DNA of 64,000 nt from an uncultured Actinomycetes bacterium (GCA_963841735.1 CAWJDT010000001.1:448001-512000), one strand, 5' to 3'. Shown: positions 48,250 through 58,734, counted from the first letter of the stretch. Program-made: numbers and translations. The notes: generated by a model from the sequence alone, not told the origin.

Positions 48250-49683
48250 TCAGGCGGTGGAGGCCATTGCCTCCACCGCCACGGCGATCTCCAGCGCCGG
48301 GCTGTTGAAGTTGCTGACCGTACGCGGTTCGAACGGGAAGGGGCTGCCTTCCTCCCATTGGGCTCCGCCCACCGGCGCCTTGCAGACGTTTTTGGCCGGC
48401 CGCCTGCTCTTGTTGAGGTCGGCTGCATCCACCGGCGACAAGAAGTCGATGCGACCCATGCAGGTATCGAGCCTCGTGGACCCGACGGCCTCCACGATCG
48501 CGTCCTTGCTGTCGAGGTCTCTGGACCTAGAAAAAGCATTCACCGCCCATTCGAAACAGGCGTATTGCCCGATTGCAGCGGTCCACTGCTCGCCGGTCTT
48601 GGTCATGTAATCTTGGGCAAGCCGCTCGGCGGAGCGACCCGTGATCGAATCCGCGTAGGGCCAATCGGGCTGCCATAGACTCTCCGCGGTCACGCCTCGG
48701 GCGCCAAGCCCGATCGCCTCCAAGGCCTGCGGGAACAAGAGAGCCTGGCTCATGGTCAGCACCTTGGGCCGGTAGCCCATCTCCTGCGACTGCTTCCAGA
48801 AAGTGATGAAGTCCGTGGCGCCCATGGCCCCACAGCAGAGCTCGCAACCGTCCTTTATGAATGCCGAGATCAACGGGGAGTAGTCCACACCGCCGGCCGC
48901 AAACAGTCCTGGCAACACCGGTTGGTATCCCGCGGCCGTCGCCGTCGCCGGCAGCCCGGTCGCTTCATCTGTCCACACGGCCGCCTCCGGGACCATCGGC
49001 GAAAACGAAGCCGACCTTCTTGTTGGTCTCCACCTGGTCCCACATGGCCAGGTAGTTCCCGGCGATGTCTTCGAGCCCGATGGCATAGGCGTAGGTCCAT
49101 TTGAACGAAGTGTCGAGAGTCCCGCCCGACCTGATAGGTATGGCCGCCAGTGAACGAAGCTGGAAAGGCAAGGACATCCCGAGACTTCCGCTTCAGTGGC
49201 CACCGGATTGACCAGTTCGGCCGGCCCCGAGCAAAGAAGGATATCGGCTTTGCCTTCGGTGACGAGGGTGACGGCTCCCGCCGCCGCGGTGTTCGGGTCG
49301 GAGCGGCTGTCCTGCACCATGAAGATGATCTCTCGCAGCCTTCCGTCGCCGCAGAGCACGCCATTGGGAAGAGCGGCCTTGGCAGAGCGGATCCACCATT
49401 CGTCCGCCTTGCCGAACAGCGCGAGAGGGCCACTGGCGGCCGAGACCACGCCGATGCGCAGATGGCGCCCGGTCTCTGGGCTCGCTCGCACGGTGGTCGT
49501 GGGCCGCGGGGCCTCGGTGGTGGGGGGATCGCTGCCGATGGTGGCTACGGTGTTAGGCGTGTCCTCATTGTCCTCGCAAGCGGACAGCAATCCACCAAAG
49601 CCAAGGCCAAGACCGGCCACGGCTCCAGCCTTTCCGGCCAGCCTCAAGAACTCGCGGCGACTGACGGGTTCAAGCGTGCTCAC
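48250..49683 (-). CDS. Tat lipoprotein, branched-chain amino acid ABC substrate-binding family (compensating indels near 48970-49120)
   Basis: SRREFL Tat motif, LSAC, DSRSDP; correct segment FKWTYAYAIGLED in an alternate frame. Confidence 0.8.
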   Translation of the reverse strand: MSTLEPVSRREFLRLAGKAGAVAGLGLGFGGLLSACEDNEDTPNTVATIGSDPPTTEAPRPTTTVRASPETGRHLRIGVVSAASGPLALFGKADEWWIRSAKAALPNGVLCGDGRLREIIFMVQDSRSDPNTAAAGAVTLVTEGKADILLCSGPAELVNPVATEAEVSGCPCLSSFVHWRPYLSGRAGLSTLRSNGPTPMPSGSKTSPGTTWPCGTRWRPTRRSASFSPMVPEAAVWTDEATGLPATATAAGYQPVLPGLFAAGGVDYSPLISAFIKDGCELCCGAMGATDFITFWKQSQEMGYRPKVLTMSQALLFPQALEAIGLGARGVTAESLWQPDWPYADSITGRSAERLAQDYMTKTGEQWTAAIGQYACFEWAVNAFSRSRDLDSKDAIVEAVGSTRLDTCMGRIDFLSPVDAADLNKSRRPAKNVCKAPVGGAQWEEGSPFPFEPRTVSNFNSPALEIAVAVEAMASTA

Positions 49684-49765
49684 ACTAGGACTTTACAGCA
49701 TTCTTACTGCTAGGGGGCTATACTCCGGTGGCGCCTTTCCCTTAACCTTTTCAAGTGAGGTACTT

Positions 49766-50929
49766 GTGAGCAAGAGACTCGTTGTCGTAATACTGGCACT
49801 GGTCATGGTCACGCTGGTGGGCTCATTGGCCGGCTGCGGAAGTGCCCTGCCCAAGGACGCCGTGGCCAAAGTCGGAGACAGCTATGTCACCCAAGCGGAC
49901 TTCGATCTGCGCGTCTCCGGAGTGGCCAGCCAATACGGCCTCACCAAGGAGAGCGACCCTGAATACTACCTGCAAATACAGGGTCAAGTGCTCGACATTA
50001 TGATCGAGAACGCACTGGCGGCCACCAAGGCCGGAGAGCTGGGCTTCACGGTCAGTGACGAGGAAGTGCAGGCAGAGATAGACACCATGTTGGCCACTTG
50101 GTATGGCGGCGACCAGGCCGCCCTGGAGCAGGAGCTCGGGGCAGCGAACATAACCTTGGATCAGCTGAAGGCAGAGTACCGAGAGTACCTGCTTACCAAG
50201 AAGGTCTACGAGGAAGTGACCAAGGACGTCCCGGCGGTCTCAGACGAGGCCCTCTCCGCCTACTACGAGGCGAACAAGGAGTCCTACTACACTCCGGAGA
50301 GCCGGACTGTGCGCCATATCCTGGTCATGCCTGGCAAGACCGCCACAGACGACTCCACCTCCACCACCGCCGGTGAGGCGACCACTACTACCACCACCCT
50401 GACCGATGCCGATTGGGCAGAAGCGTTGGCCCAAGCCAACGAGGTCCGCGCGAAGCTGGTGGCCGGCGGCGACTGGACCGAACTGTCTGCTCAGTACTCC
50501 GATGACACCTACTCCAAGGACCAAGGCGGCGAGTTGGGAGCCGTTGGCAAGGGCGAGATGGTAGGAGAGTTCGAGGACGCTGTGTTCTCACAATCTGTTG
50601 ACGAGATATCACAGCCCATCAAGACCATCTATGGGTACCACGTCATCCAGGTCACGGCCATCACCGAGGCCGTCCAGGAGACCCTCGCTGACGTCAGAGA
50701 CACCATCGCCACCGACCTCCTCGACCAGGCCAAGTTCGATGTGTGGACGCAGTGGGTCGCAGACATGAAGGCCAAGACCACCATCATCTACCGCGATGAC
50801 CTGGCGCCTGTCACTACCACCACTGTCGCTCCTGCAGGTTCGGAAACCACCGTTCCCGCGGATTCGACCACCACTACAGTCGGCCAGACCATCACTACGG
50901 CTGCTCCGACTACGACGACTACGAAGTAG
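49766..50929 (+). CDS. PrsA/SurA-type parvulin foldase lipoprotein
   Basis: LAGC lipobox; RHILV, SDD..SKDQGGELG, YGYHVI; Thr-rich tail. Confidence 0.88.
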   Translation: MSKRLVVVILALVMVTLVGSLAGCGSALPKDAVAKVGDSYVTQADFDLRVSGVASQYGLTKESDPEYYLQIQGQVLDIMIENALAATKAGELGFTVSDEEVQAEIDTMLATWYGGDQAALEQELGAANITLDQLKAEYREYLLTKKVYEEVTKDVPAVSDEALSAYYEANKESYYTPESRTVRHILVMPGKTATDDSTSTTAGEATTTTTTLTDADWAEALAQANEVRAKLVAGGDWTELSAQYSDDTYSKDQGGELGAVGKGEMVGEFEDAVFSQSVDEISQPIKTIYGYHVIQVTAITEAVQETLADVRDTIATDLLDQAKFDVWTQWVADMKAKTTIIYRDDLAPVTTTTVAPAGSETTVPADSTTTTVGQTITTAAPTTTTTK

Positions 50930-50997
50930 GGGCCGACGAGCCACACACCCGCACGGGCCACCAGGCACGTGCGCAGAGATCGTCCGTAGAGACTACG

Positions 50998-51036
50998 ACG
51001 GGGCCGGGGATGATTTCCCCGGCCCCGTAATTCTTT
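50998..51036 (+). terminator. Intrinsic terminator after the foldase gene
   Basis: 13-bp perfect stem ACGGGGCCGGGGA/TCCCCGGCCCCGT followed by AATTCTTT. Confidence 0.75.
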
Positions 51037-51222
51037 GGGCAACCTGCTCTGGCTGCAGGCCACCGGTGGGGTTAGGCGCAAGACCATGGTTCAGCACCGT
51101 GACAGGAACGCCACCGCGGAGATCTCCGTGTGGGGTTCGGCGCTGGGAGTCTTCTGCGATGACCCCGTGGCTCACCCAGCAATGGCGCCCGGGCCGGTGC
51201 CACTGCCCATCGCTGACGGGTT

Positions 51223-51375
51223 ACTGAGGGGCGTAGAGCCCCCACATGGGTGAATAAACACTGAGGGGCGTGGGAGTCCGCCGAGAGCTTTGCGGTACTC
51301 CGCAGTGCTCGAGGCGGGGCTCCTACGCCCCCTCAGTCACTCATTGCCTAGCAGGGGGCCTTACGCCCCCTTAGT
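51223..51375. repeat. Nested inverted-repeat cluster, four copies of ACTGAGGGG(G)CGT core
   Basis: Forward at 51223 and 51260, reverse ending at 51337 and 51375. Confidence 0.75.
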
Positions 51376-51377
51376 CA

Positions 51378-52160
51378 CTAAGCGCCGGTTTCGAACTTGA
51401 ACGTCTGGTCCGGATCCACGATGGCCAGCAGCCGGACTACGCAGCCGTCTCCACCCGGCCAACGCCAGGGGAAGGCCATGAACGTGCAGCGCTTGCCGCT
51501 GACTTCGTCAAGCTGTCCACCCGCGTTCTCGATGCCTGGGATGCCACCCTTGACCATGAGGGTCTTGTGAGCAGGCTCCCATTCGGGGAAGTCCTCCAGA
51601 GGATCGCGGCCGGTCTCAGCCTTGTATTCCTCGATAAGATGCGGGTGTGTTGGGCCTAAGCCGTGGTTAACCAGCTTGGTGGCGATGGGATGATCGTTGG
51701 CCTGGCAGCCGTATGCGACCATCTTGACCTTCCGATCAACCAGCCACTGGGCGCCTTCTTTGTAGATGCCCGGGCCATGAGCGAAGTACTCGTCGGTATC
51801 GGCCCACTTGTGATGGTAGCCGGTGTTGATGACCACCACGTCGCCTTCTTGGATCTTGGGAGTCGCGGCCTCGAGCAACTCCGGGGTGATGAGGCCCCAC
51901 TTGCCCATGGGGATCGACACGCACACACCGGTGCCGAACAGACGCCACAGCGGATAGTCGGCGATGGTGGGAGTGTTCTCGGTCACATGGAGAGGCGCAT
52001 CCATGTGGGTGCAGCGGTGCATGATGCCTTCCCACTGGATCTGAGAGACGCCGTCCCTGGCGTGGAACTTGTCCACGGTGAGATTCACGCTGGGCGTGGA
52101 AGGCCACTCCGGCATGAACTGCATGAACGTGTGAGTAAGGTCATATACCTTCAGGCTCAT
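51378..52160 (-). CDS. Cyclase-family (kynurenine formamidase-like) metal hydrolase
   Basis: YDLTH, HRCTHMDAPLH, GIEN, GGDGCVVRL. Confidence 0.85.
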   Translation of the reverse strand: MSLKVYDLTHTFMQFMPEWPSTPSVNLTVDKFHARDGVSQIQWEGIMHRCTHMDAPLHVTENTPTIADYPLWRLFGTGVCVSIPMGKWGLITPELLEAATPKIQEGDVVVINTGYHHKWADTDEYFAHGPGIYKEGAQWLVDRKVKMVAYGCQANDHPIATKLVNHGLGPTHPHLIEEYKAETGRDPLEDFPEWEPAHKTLMVKGGIPGIENAGGQLDEVSGKRCTFMAFPWRWPGGDGCVVRLLAIVDPDQTFKFETGA

Positions 52161-52189
52161 ATCCTGTCTCCTTTCAGCTAGCTCGACGT

Positions 52190-52996
52190 CTACTTGCCCG
52201 GTTCGATCCGCAGCTTGCCGCTGGGATCCCACATGGCGACCAACCGGACAACGCATGCGTCACCGTGCTGGAGCTTCCAAGGAGTGGCGGCCAGGGTGGC
52301 GCGCTTGCCCTTGACGACATCCACGTCACCGCCGACCTGCTCGATGGTGGGGATGCCGGCACCCAGAAGGATCTTGTGGGCGACGTTCCATTCCCCGTGT
52401 TCTTTCTTGGGATCCAAGCCGGTAACCTTGGTGTATTCACCGGCCAGGCGTTTCATCTGCGGGCCGCCACGGTGGTTAGCCATGGAGGTGGCCAGCGGAT
52501 GGTCGATGAACGGGGTGTCGATGCCCACCATCTTGGCGTTCTTCTTCACCAGCCATTCGGCTGCGTCTTTGGAGAGGCCGGGGGCCTCGCCGTAGTACTC
52601 CAGACCGTCGGAGTACTTGTGATGCCAGCCGGTAACGATGATAACGATGTCACCGTCTTTGACTCCGGGATTGGCTTTCTCGAGATCCGCCGCGGTGATG
52701 ACTTCCCAATTCTTCTTGGGGATGTCCAAAACCGCGCCGTTGCCGAAGAACGTCTCCGGCGGGATGGACGCCAGATCGGCGGCCTTCTGGATGAGATGGA
52801 ACGGGGCATTCATGTGCGTGCCGGTGTGCAGGACCGTAGTGATTCGCCAAGCCAAGACACCATGCTGCGAGTGCTTTACCCCGCGGTGCATCTTGACATC
52901 GGTTTGCCCAGGATACGAGGGAGCGCCGTGCCCCCATTCGTGGCTGAGCTCGATCAGTTGTAGGCCTGACGCCGGATCCGTGGTGACATTGGCCAT
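52190..52996 (-). CDS. Cyclase-family metal hydrolase paralog
   Basis: ELSH, HTGTHMNAPFH, GIDTP, TIEQV. Confidence 0.85.
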   Translation of the reverse strand: MANVTTDPASGLQLIELSHEWGHGAPSYPGQTDVKMHRGVKHSQHGVLAWRITTVLHTGTHMNAPFHLIQKAADLASIPPETFFGNGAVLDIPKKNWEVITAADLEKANPGVKDGDIVIIVTGWHHKYSDGLEYYGEAPGLSKDAAEWLVKKNAKMVGIDTPFIDHPLATSMANHRGGPQMKRLAGEYTKVTGLDPKKEHGEWNVAHKILLGAGIPTIEQVGGDVDVVKGKRATLAATPWKLQHGDACVVRLVAMWDPSGKLRIEPGK

Positions 52997-53233
52997 AGTC
53001 ACGTCTCCTTTTTCGGACGGGAATTACCACCAAGTGAAATGATGATACCACGAACTTTCTCCCCAAGGCCTCCCCAAAGTGATGATGTCGGAGGCGAATC
53101 CACAGACTCGGCCCCGGCTCGGCTCGGGCCTACCGATGGGCCCAGCCTGCACAATGAATGAGGTACCATCCGACGGGTCCGGCAGCGACCTGGATGCTTG
53201 GCCCCGCTGAGAAGCGACCCACGAGGAGCCTAC

Positions 53234-53437
53234 ATGGACTGCAGCAAAGACACGAATCTGGCCCGCTGCAACTGCACCTACGAGCCCTGTTCGCGCAAGG
53301 GCAAGTGCTGCGACTGCATGGCCTACCACCTGCGCAGCAGGGAGCTGCCTGCCTGCGCCTTCCCCGCCGACGCTGAGCGCACCTACGACCGCACGTTCGC
53401 CCACTTCGCCCGGCTGGTGGAGCAAGGTAAGGTCTAG
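53234..53437 (+). CDS. Small Cys-rich protein (DUF6485-like)
   Basis: CNCTYEPCSRKGKCCDC..YH...ELPAC.F...ERTYDR; GAGGAG RBS. Confidence 0.75.
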   Translation: MDCSKDTNLARCNCTYEPCSRKGKCCDCMAYHLRSRELPACAFPADAERTYDRTFAHFARLVEQGKV

Positions 53438-53442
53438 CGGGC

Positions 53443-54426
53443 CTATTGGTCGCGCCGAGGCGCGGCGGAGCCCGCTCGCGCCGCTTGGGCACTGCCCTCC
53501 GCGCCGGCGGCCGCCGGCAAGCCGGGGCCGCGGCGCAGCAATCCCCGCAAAGTGAGCACCAGAAGCGCGGCGAGGATACAGCCCATCCCGGCCCCCTCCA
53601 GAGGTGAGACCCGCTCGCCCAGTTGGATCGCAGCGGCCGCTATACCTATGACCGGGGTGGCCAACGTGCTGATGCCGGCCACACCAGTAGGCAACACCTT
53701 GAGCACGAACAGCCAGAACAGCCACGGCAACGCCGTACCCGGAATGACGTTGTAGCCAAGCGCCCAGATGAACTCACCCGACCATTCGATCGGTTGAGAC
53801 GGTACCAACACGGCGATCAAGATGATGGGAACGCTCCCGTATAGCATCTGCCAGGCGGTCAGATTGATGACGTCCACGGGACCCCGCCTGTTTATCACCC
53901 TGACCAAGATGGCGCCCGCGGCCCAGGTCACCCCGGATCCCACGGCCAGGGCCTTGCTCTGCCACGTCCCGGCCAGGTGCAGAGGATCGAGAACGAGAAC
54001 CAGCCCCGCTAGCGACAGACCTGCGGCCACCCAGTGGAGGCCCACGATGCGCTCGCCCAAGAAGACCCGACCCATGATGAGCGCCCAGACCGGCATGGTG
54101 TACACCAGGGCCGAAACCCGGCCGGCTGCACCCGTTTCCAGGGCCCACACAAGCAGCCCGACCATCCCCGTAGTCTGGAGGACGCCCAGGGCAACAGTGA
54201 GCAGCGGCTGGGTGGGCCGCAGCGGTCGCCTTAGAACGAGCAGCAGGGCGAATAACGCTGCCGCCCCCAGGCCGGTGCGCAGAGCGGTGAAGGGCCACGG
54301 GTCCGAGTATTTCAGGGCTAGCTTCATTACCACCCAGTTGTAGCCCCAGAAAAGCGACTGACCGACGAGCGCAGCCACCGCGAGTCGCGTGTCGCGCCGG
54401 CCGGAAGCGGGATCTGCCGCTCTCAT
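53443..54426 (-). CDS. EamA/DMT transporter
   Basis: WGYNWVVMK, YTMP, about 10 TM. Confidence 0.88.
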   Translation of the reverse strand: MRAADPASGRRDTRLAVAALVGQSLFWGYNWVVMKLALKYSDPWPFTALRTGLGAAALFALLLVLRRPLRPTQPLLTVALGVLQTTGMVGLLVWALETGAAGRVSALVYTMPVWALIMGRVFLGERIVGLHWVAAGLSLAGLVLVLDPLHLAGTWQSKALAVGSGVTWAAGAILVRVINRRGPVDVINLTAWQMLYGSVPIILIAVLVPSQPIEWSGEFIWALGYNVIPGTALPWLFWLFVLKVLPTGVAGISTLATPVIGIAAAAIQLGERVSPLEGAGMGCILAALLVLTLRGLLRRGPGLPAAAGAEGSAQAARAGSAAPRRDQ

Positions 54427-55454
54427 TCTCCGCCTCGCACTTGGTCACAGTCATCCTCGCCCGTGCGGCAACCGTCGACAGAGCTGCCGCGCGACATGGC
54501 GCGGTCCCGCCTACTATCGAGCCCGGTCACCCAGGCGGCGCCACCGGCCGCGATGACGATAGCCACGATAGCGGCGACGTCCCGGTAGCCCAGATGCTGA
54601 GCCAGTATGGCAAACCCCATCAAAGCGGCGATCGCCGGTTCGATCGACAAGAGCACACCATATGTAGAGGCCCGCACTCGCCGGATGGCGACTAGTTCCA
54701 AGAAGTAGGGCAGCGCCGAAGACAGCACCGCCACCGCCAGTCCAAGCAGCAAGGCCCGGCCGTGCCCCACGACCTTGACTCCGGTGGCCAGCCAGATCGG
54801 CGTCATGATCACGGAGGCCCCGATCAACATAAGGCTGGTGGCCCGCAAGGGCTCCATCCGCCCCACCGCCCGCTTGGCCAACACGATGAACGCCGCCCAG
54901 CAGGCCGCGGCAAGCAGAGCGAACAGCAGACCAGACAAACCGATTGCGCCACTCGGACGGGTCAACAACCCCACTCCCAGTGCCGCCAGAGCCACCCACA
55001 CCAGATCCAACAGGCGCCGGGATCCCGCGACCGCAACCCCCAAGGGGCCAAGGAACTCCACAGCTACCACGATTCCGATAGGAGCCCTGCTGATAGCCTG
55101 GTAGAAGCTAAGGTTCATCGCCACCAGGCTTATGGTTAGGGCGAGAAGCACCGCTCGATCGCCCTTGCCGGGTAGACGCACCCAGCGCGGATGCACCACC
55201 GCCAGCATCAGGCCGGCGAGGGCGGTCCGCAACCAAAGCGCCTCGTACACCCCCACCGAATCGATGACCTTCACCGCCAAGGCGGAACCGGCGTGCATAA
55301 GCAACCCTACCGTCACCACCAGCGTGATGGCGATGGTGGAATCGCGTCTGGGCGCCGCCGACTCGGCAGCACTCCCCCCGGCGTCCCCGGCAGCGGCTCC
55401 GGCCGGCCCGACGCCCACGTGCGTTGATGAGGGAGTTTGGGGAGGACGGCGCAT
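54423..55454 (-). CDS. EamA transporter, RhtA-like
   Basis: MNLSFY, VEFLGPL, LSSALPY.LE, LLSIEPA. Confidence 0.88.
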   Translation of the reverse strand: MRRPPQTPSSTHVGVGPAGAAAGDAGGSAAESAAPRRDSTIAITLVVTVGLLMHAGSALAVKVIDSVGVYEALWLRTALAGLMLAVVHPRWVRLPGKGDRAVLLALTISLVAMNLSFYQAISRAPIGIVVAVEFLGPLGVAVAGSRRLLDLVWVALAALGVGLLTRPSGAIGLSGLLFALLAAACWAAFIVLAKRAVGRMEPLRATSLMLIGASVIMTPIWLATGVKVVGHGRALLLGLAVAVLSSALPYFLELVAIRRVRASTYGVLLSIEPAIAALMGFAILAQHLGYRDVAAIVAIVIAAGGAAWVTGLDSRRDRAMSRGSSVDGCRTGEDDCDQVRGGE

Positions 55455-55588
55455 GCCACGAAGTTACATCCCCGCGGGTCTGGGTACAAACCAATCGAAG
55501 GAATCGCCTGGATTTAACCGAAGAATCTACCATGGCTCGTGCCGGCCTCATGTCAATGATCACAAGTCCGACCTCCCGGGGTGAACTG

Positions 55589-56653
55589 ATGACCGAGTTG
55601 GCGCATTCTGATGCCCATATACTGATCGTCGATGACGAGCCGAGTATCGTGCGCATGCTGACACGGGCGCTGGAGAACGCCGGATACACCTCCGTGCATG
55701 GCTACACCGACCCCATGGTGGCCGTCGTCGATTTCAACGACATCGGCCCCGACTTGATAGTGCTCGACATCAACATGCCCGGCATGAATGGATACGACTT
55801 TCTGGTTGATCTAAGCCACCGGCTGACTGAGGATACTTTCCTCCCCGTGCTCATGATCAGCGGGCTGCCCGAGCCGGAGACCCGGCTCCAGGCCCTCAAG
55901 GCCGGCGCCAACCATTTCCTCAACAAACCGATTGACCTGCGTGTGTTCATCGCCCAGGTCCAGCAACTTCTCGAGACGCGCTTTATGAGTGTGCGGGTCA
56001 ACAACGTCCGCGGAGTGCTCGAGGAACTCGTCCGGCGCCGCACCGCCCAACTCCAGCAGGCTCACGTGGAGATCCTCGAACGGCTGAGCCGCGTGGGTGA
56101 ATATCGCGACGACACCACGGGACACCACACCAAGCGGGTGGGAACACTCGCTGGGCTGGTTGCCCTGGAGCTTGGACTGCCTCAGGAACAGGCGTCCCTC
56201 ATAGAGAGGACTGCGCCCCTGCACGACTTGGGCAAGGTCGCCATCGCCGACGCCATCCTGCTCAAGCCGGGCTTCCTGACTACCGGGGAGCGAGATGTCA
56301 TGCGCGAGCACTCCGCCTTGGGGGCCGAGCTGTTGAGTGGAGGCACGTCCGAACTTGTGCAAATGGCAGAGAACATCGCCCTCTGCCATCACGAGAGGTG
56401 GGACGGCGCGGGCTACCCCAAGGGTCTTAAGGGCAAGGAGATCCCGCTGTCCGCGAGAGTCGTTTCGGTGGTAGACACCATAGACGCCATCACACATGAT
56501 CGCCCCTACAAGGCTGCCAGGCCACTGTGCGACGCCATTGACGAGGTCGTCCGCGAACGAGGTGGCCAGTTCGATCCGGAGGTGGTCGACGCCGTGCTGA
56601 GACTGCATGCGGATAGCCGTCTACCTTTGGACGACGATTCCTTCTCCATCTGA
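55589..56653 (+). CDS. Response regulator with HD-GYP c-di-GMP phosphodiesterase domain
   Basis: IVDD, LDINMP receiver; HDLGK, HHERWDGAGYP. Confidence 0.92.
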   Translation: MTELAHSDAHILIVDDEPSIVRMLTRALENAGYTSVHGYTDPMVAVVDFNDIGPDLIVLDINMPGMNGYDFLVDLSHRLTEDTFLPVLMISGLPEPETRLQALKAGANHFLNKPIDLRVFIAQVQQLLETRFMSVRVNNVRGVLEELVRRRTAQLQQAHVEILERLSRVGEYRDDTTGHHTKRVGTLAGLVALELGLPQEQASLIERTAPLHDLGKVAIADAILLKPGFLTTGERDVMREHSALGAELLSGGTSELVQMAENIALCHHERWDGAGYPKGLKGKEIPLSARVVSVVDTIDAITHDRPYKAARPLCDAIDEVVRERGGQFDPEVVDAVLRLHADSRLPLDDDSFSI

Positions 56654-56691
56654 GTACCACCGCGAGCCATGATTTGCCGCAGGCTGAAGTA

Positions 56692-56719
56692 TCAGCTTCG
56701 GCCACACTTCTGCCGATAA
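56692..56719 (+). promoter_or_regulatory. Putative sigma28/WhiG promoter TCAG-N16-GCCGATAA
   Basis: Perfect GCCGATAA -10 at 56712-56719. Confidence 0.5.
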
Positions 56720-56764
56720 GGATTTCGAGGTAGACCCAAGGTACGCGTATCTGGTTTCGGAGGC

Positions 56765-57094
56765 TTGAGGGTGGTATTCGAAGACGGATTGCCAAAAGCC
56801 CGCGAGGTGGACAAACTCTCCGCCGACGTGGAAACGCTGTGTTGCGACTGGCGACGCATGCGTTCGGTCATCGAACGCATAGCCAGGACGCCCTGGTGGG
56901 ACCTGCACACCCTGACGTGCCTGTACTGTCACGCACCCTTCGAAGTATCCGCGGGTGAATGCGAGCACGAGATCGACTGCGTCTACCAGCGCTGCTGCCA
57001 GATAGTTGGTGGAAGGGCTCTGCCGCTACCCAACCAAGCCGTCCTCGACGAGTGGAAGAAGCAGTCGCACTCGTCCCCCAGCCTCTCCTTCTGA
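56765..57094 (+). CDS. Hypothetical Cys-rich protein
   Basis: GGAGG RBS; CC, CLYCH, CEH..DC, RCC. Confidence 0.55.
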   Translation: MRVVFEDGLPKAREVDKLSADVETLCCDWRRMRSVIERIARTPWWDLHTLTCLYCHAPFEVSAGECEHEIDCVYQRCCQIVGGRALPLPNQAVLDEWKKQSHSSPSLSF

Positions 57095-57214
57095 CCGATA
57101 CCCACCGGACCTGAGCGGCGCCGGCGGCGCCGGCCGCTGGTTTCGTTCCATCCGAACTGGGTGATAACTCACCTAGCAGGAATCCCTACTCGCGAATTCC
57201 CAAGGAGAGCGGCA

Positions 57215-58682
57215 GTGAGCGACGACAAGAAGAAGAGGCTGACCACCAACTTCGGAGCGCCGGTCCCCAACAACCAAGACGTCGTGACCGCCGGGCCGCG
57301 TGGCCCTATGTTGTTGCAGGACGTGTGGTATCTGGAGAAACTGGCCAACTTCGACCGGGAGGTCATCCCCGAGCGCAGGATGCACGCCAAGGGCTCCGGC
57401 GCCTTCGGCACCTTCACCGTGACCAACGACATCACCAAGTACACCCGGGCGAAGCTCTTCTCGCAAGTAGGCAAGCAGACCGACCTCTTTGTCCGCTTTT
57501 CGACTGTGGCCGGCGAGCGCGGCGCCGCCGACGCCGAGCGCGACATCCGCGGCTTTGCCGTCAAGATGTATACCGAAGAGGGCAACTGGGACCTAGTTGG
57601 CAACAACACCCCGGTGTTCTTCTTCCGCGATCCCCTCAAGTTCCCCGACCTCAATCACGCAGTGAAACGCGACCCCCGCACCAACATGCGGAGCGCCCAG
57701 AACAACTGGGACTTCTGGAGCCTGCTCCCCGAAGCGCTCCACCAAGTGACCATCCTGATGAGCGACCGGGGCCTTCCCGCGAGCTACCGCCACATGCACG
57801 GCTTCGGCAGCCACACGTTCAGCCTCGTAAACGCCGCCGGCGAGCGCAACTGGGTCAAGTTCCACTGGATCGGCCAGCAGGGCATCAAGAACATCAGCGA
57901 CCAAGAGGCCGAGGTCTTGGTGGGCAAGGACCGAGAGAGCCACCAGCGCGACCTCTACGAGGCCATTGAGAACAAGGACTTTCCCAAGTGGCAGCTCTTC
58001 TGTCCAGGTGATGCCCGAGAAGGACGCCCTAACCTACAAATTCCACCCGTTCGATCTCACCAAGGTGTGGCTCCATGGCGACTATCCTCTGATTGAGGTC
58101 GGCATGATGGAGCTCAACCAGAACCCCGAGAACTACTTCGCCGACGTGGAGCAGGCGGCGTTCAACCCGGCCAGCGTGGTGCCCGGAATAGGCTTCTCGC
58201 CCGACAAGATGCTGCAGGGCCGCCTCTTCTCCTATGGCGACGCGCAGCGCTACCGCTTGGGCGTGAACCATCACCTCATCCCTGTGAACAAGGCCCGCTG
58301 CCCCGTTCACGGCTACAGCCGCGACGGCTCTATGCGGGTGGACGGCAACTACGGCAGTACGCTCCACTACGAGCCCAACAGCTACGGCGAGTGGCAGGAA
58401 CAGCCCGAATACAAGGAGCCACCGCTCGACCTGTACGGCGCCGCCGACCGGTGGGACGCCCGCAAGGACGACGACGACTACTACTCCCAACCGGGGGCGC
58501 TCTTCCGCCTGATGGGGCCCGAGAAGCAAGGGCTGCTTTTCGAGAACACGGCGCGCAACATCGCCCCGGCGACCGAAGAAGTCAAGCTGCGCCACATCGG
58601 CAACTGCTACAAAGCCGACCCGGCCTACGGCGAAGGGGTGGCGGCGGCGCTCGGCATCATGATGAGCAAGGTCGATAAGTGA
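57215..58682 (+). CDS. katA: Monofunctional heme catalase (frameshift near 58001)
   Basis: [32 protein letters not shown]. Confidence 0.93.
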
Positions 58683-58734
58683 GACCCTATATAGAGTTGA
58701 CCACTCCGGAGCCGCGCCGGCAGAGGGAGGGCTC

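Noticed and set aside
50985-51000. Group I intron-like GTAGAGACTA
   Set aside because: Explained by a small local hairpin; no other core elements or interrupted gene
51035-51253. Small ORF between the foldase and cyclase genes
   Set aside because: Lies after a terminator, no RBS or recognisable motif, runs into the repeat cluster
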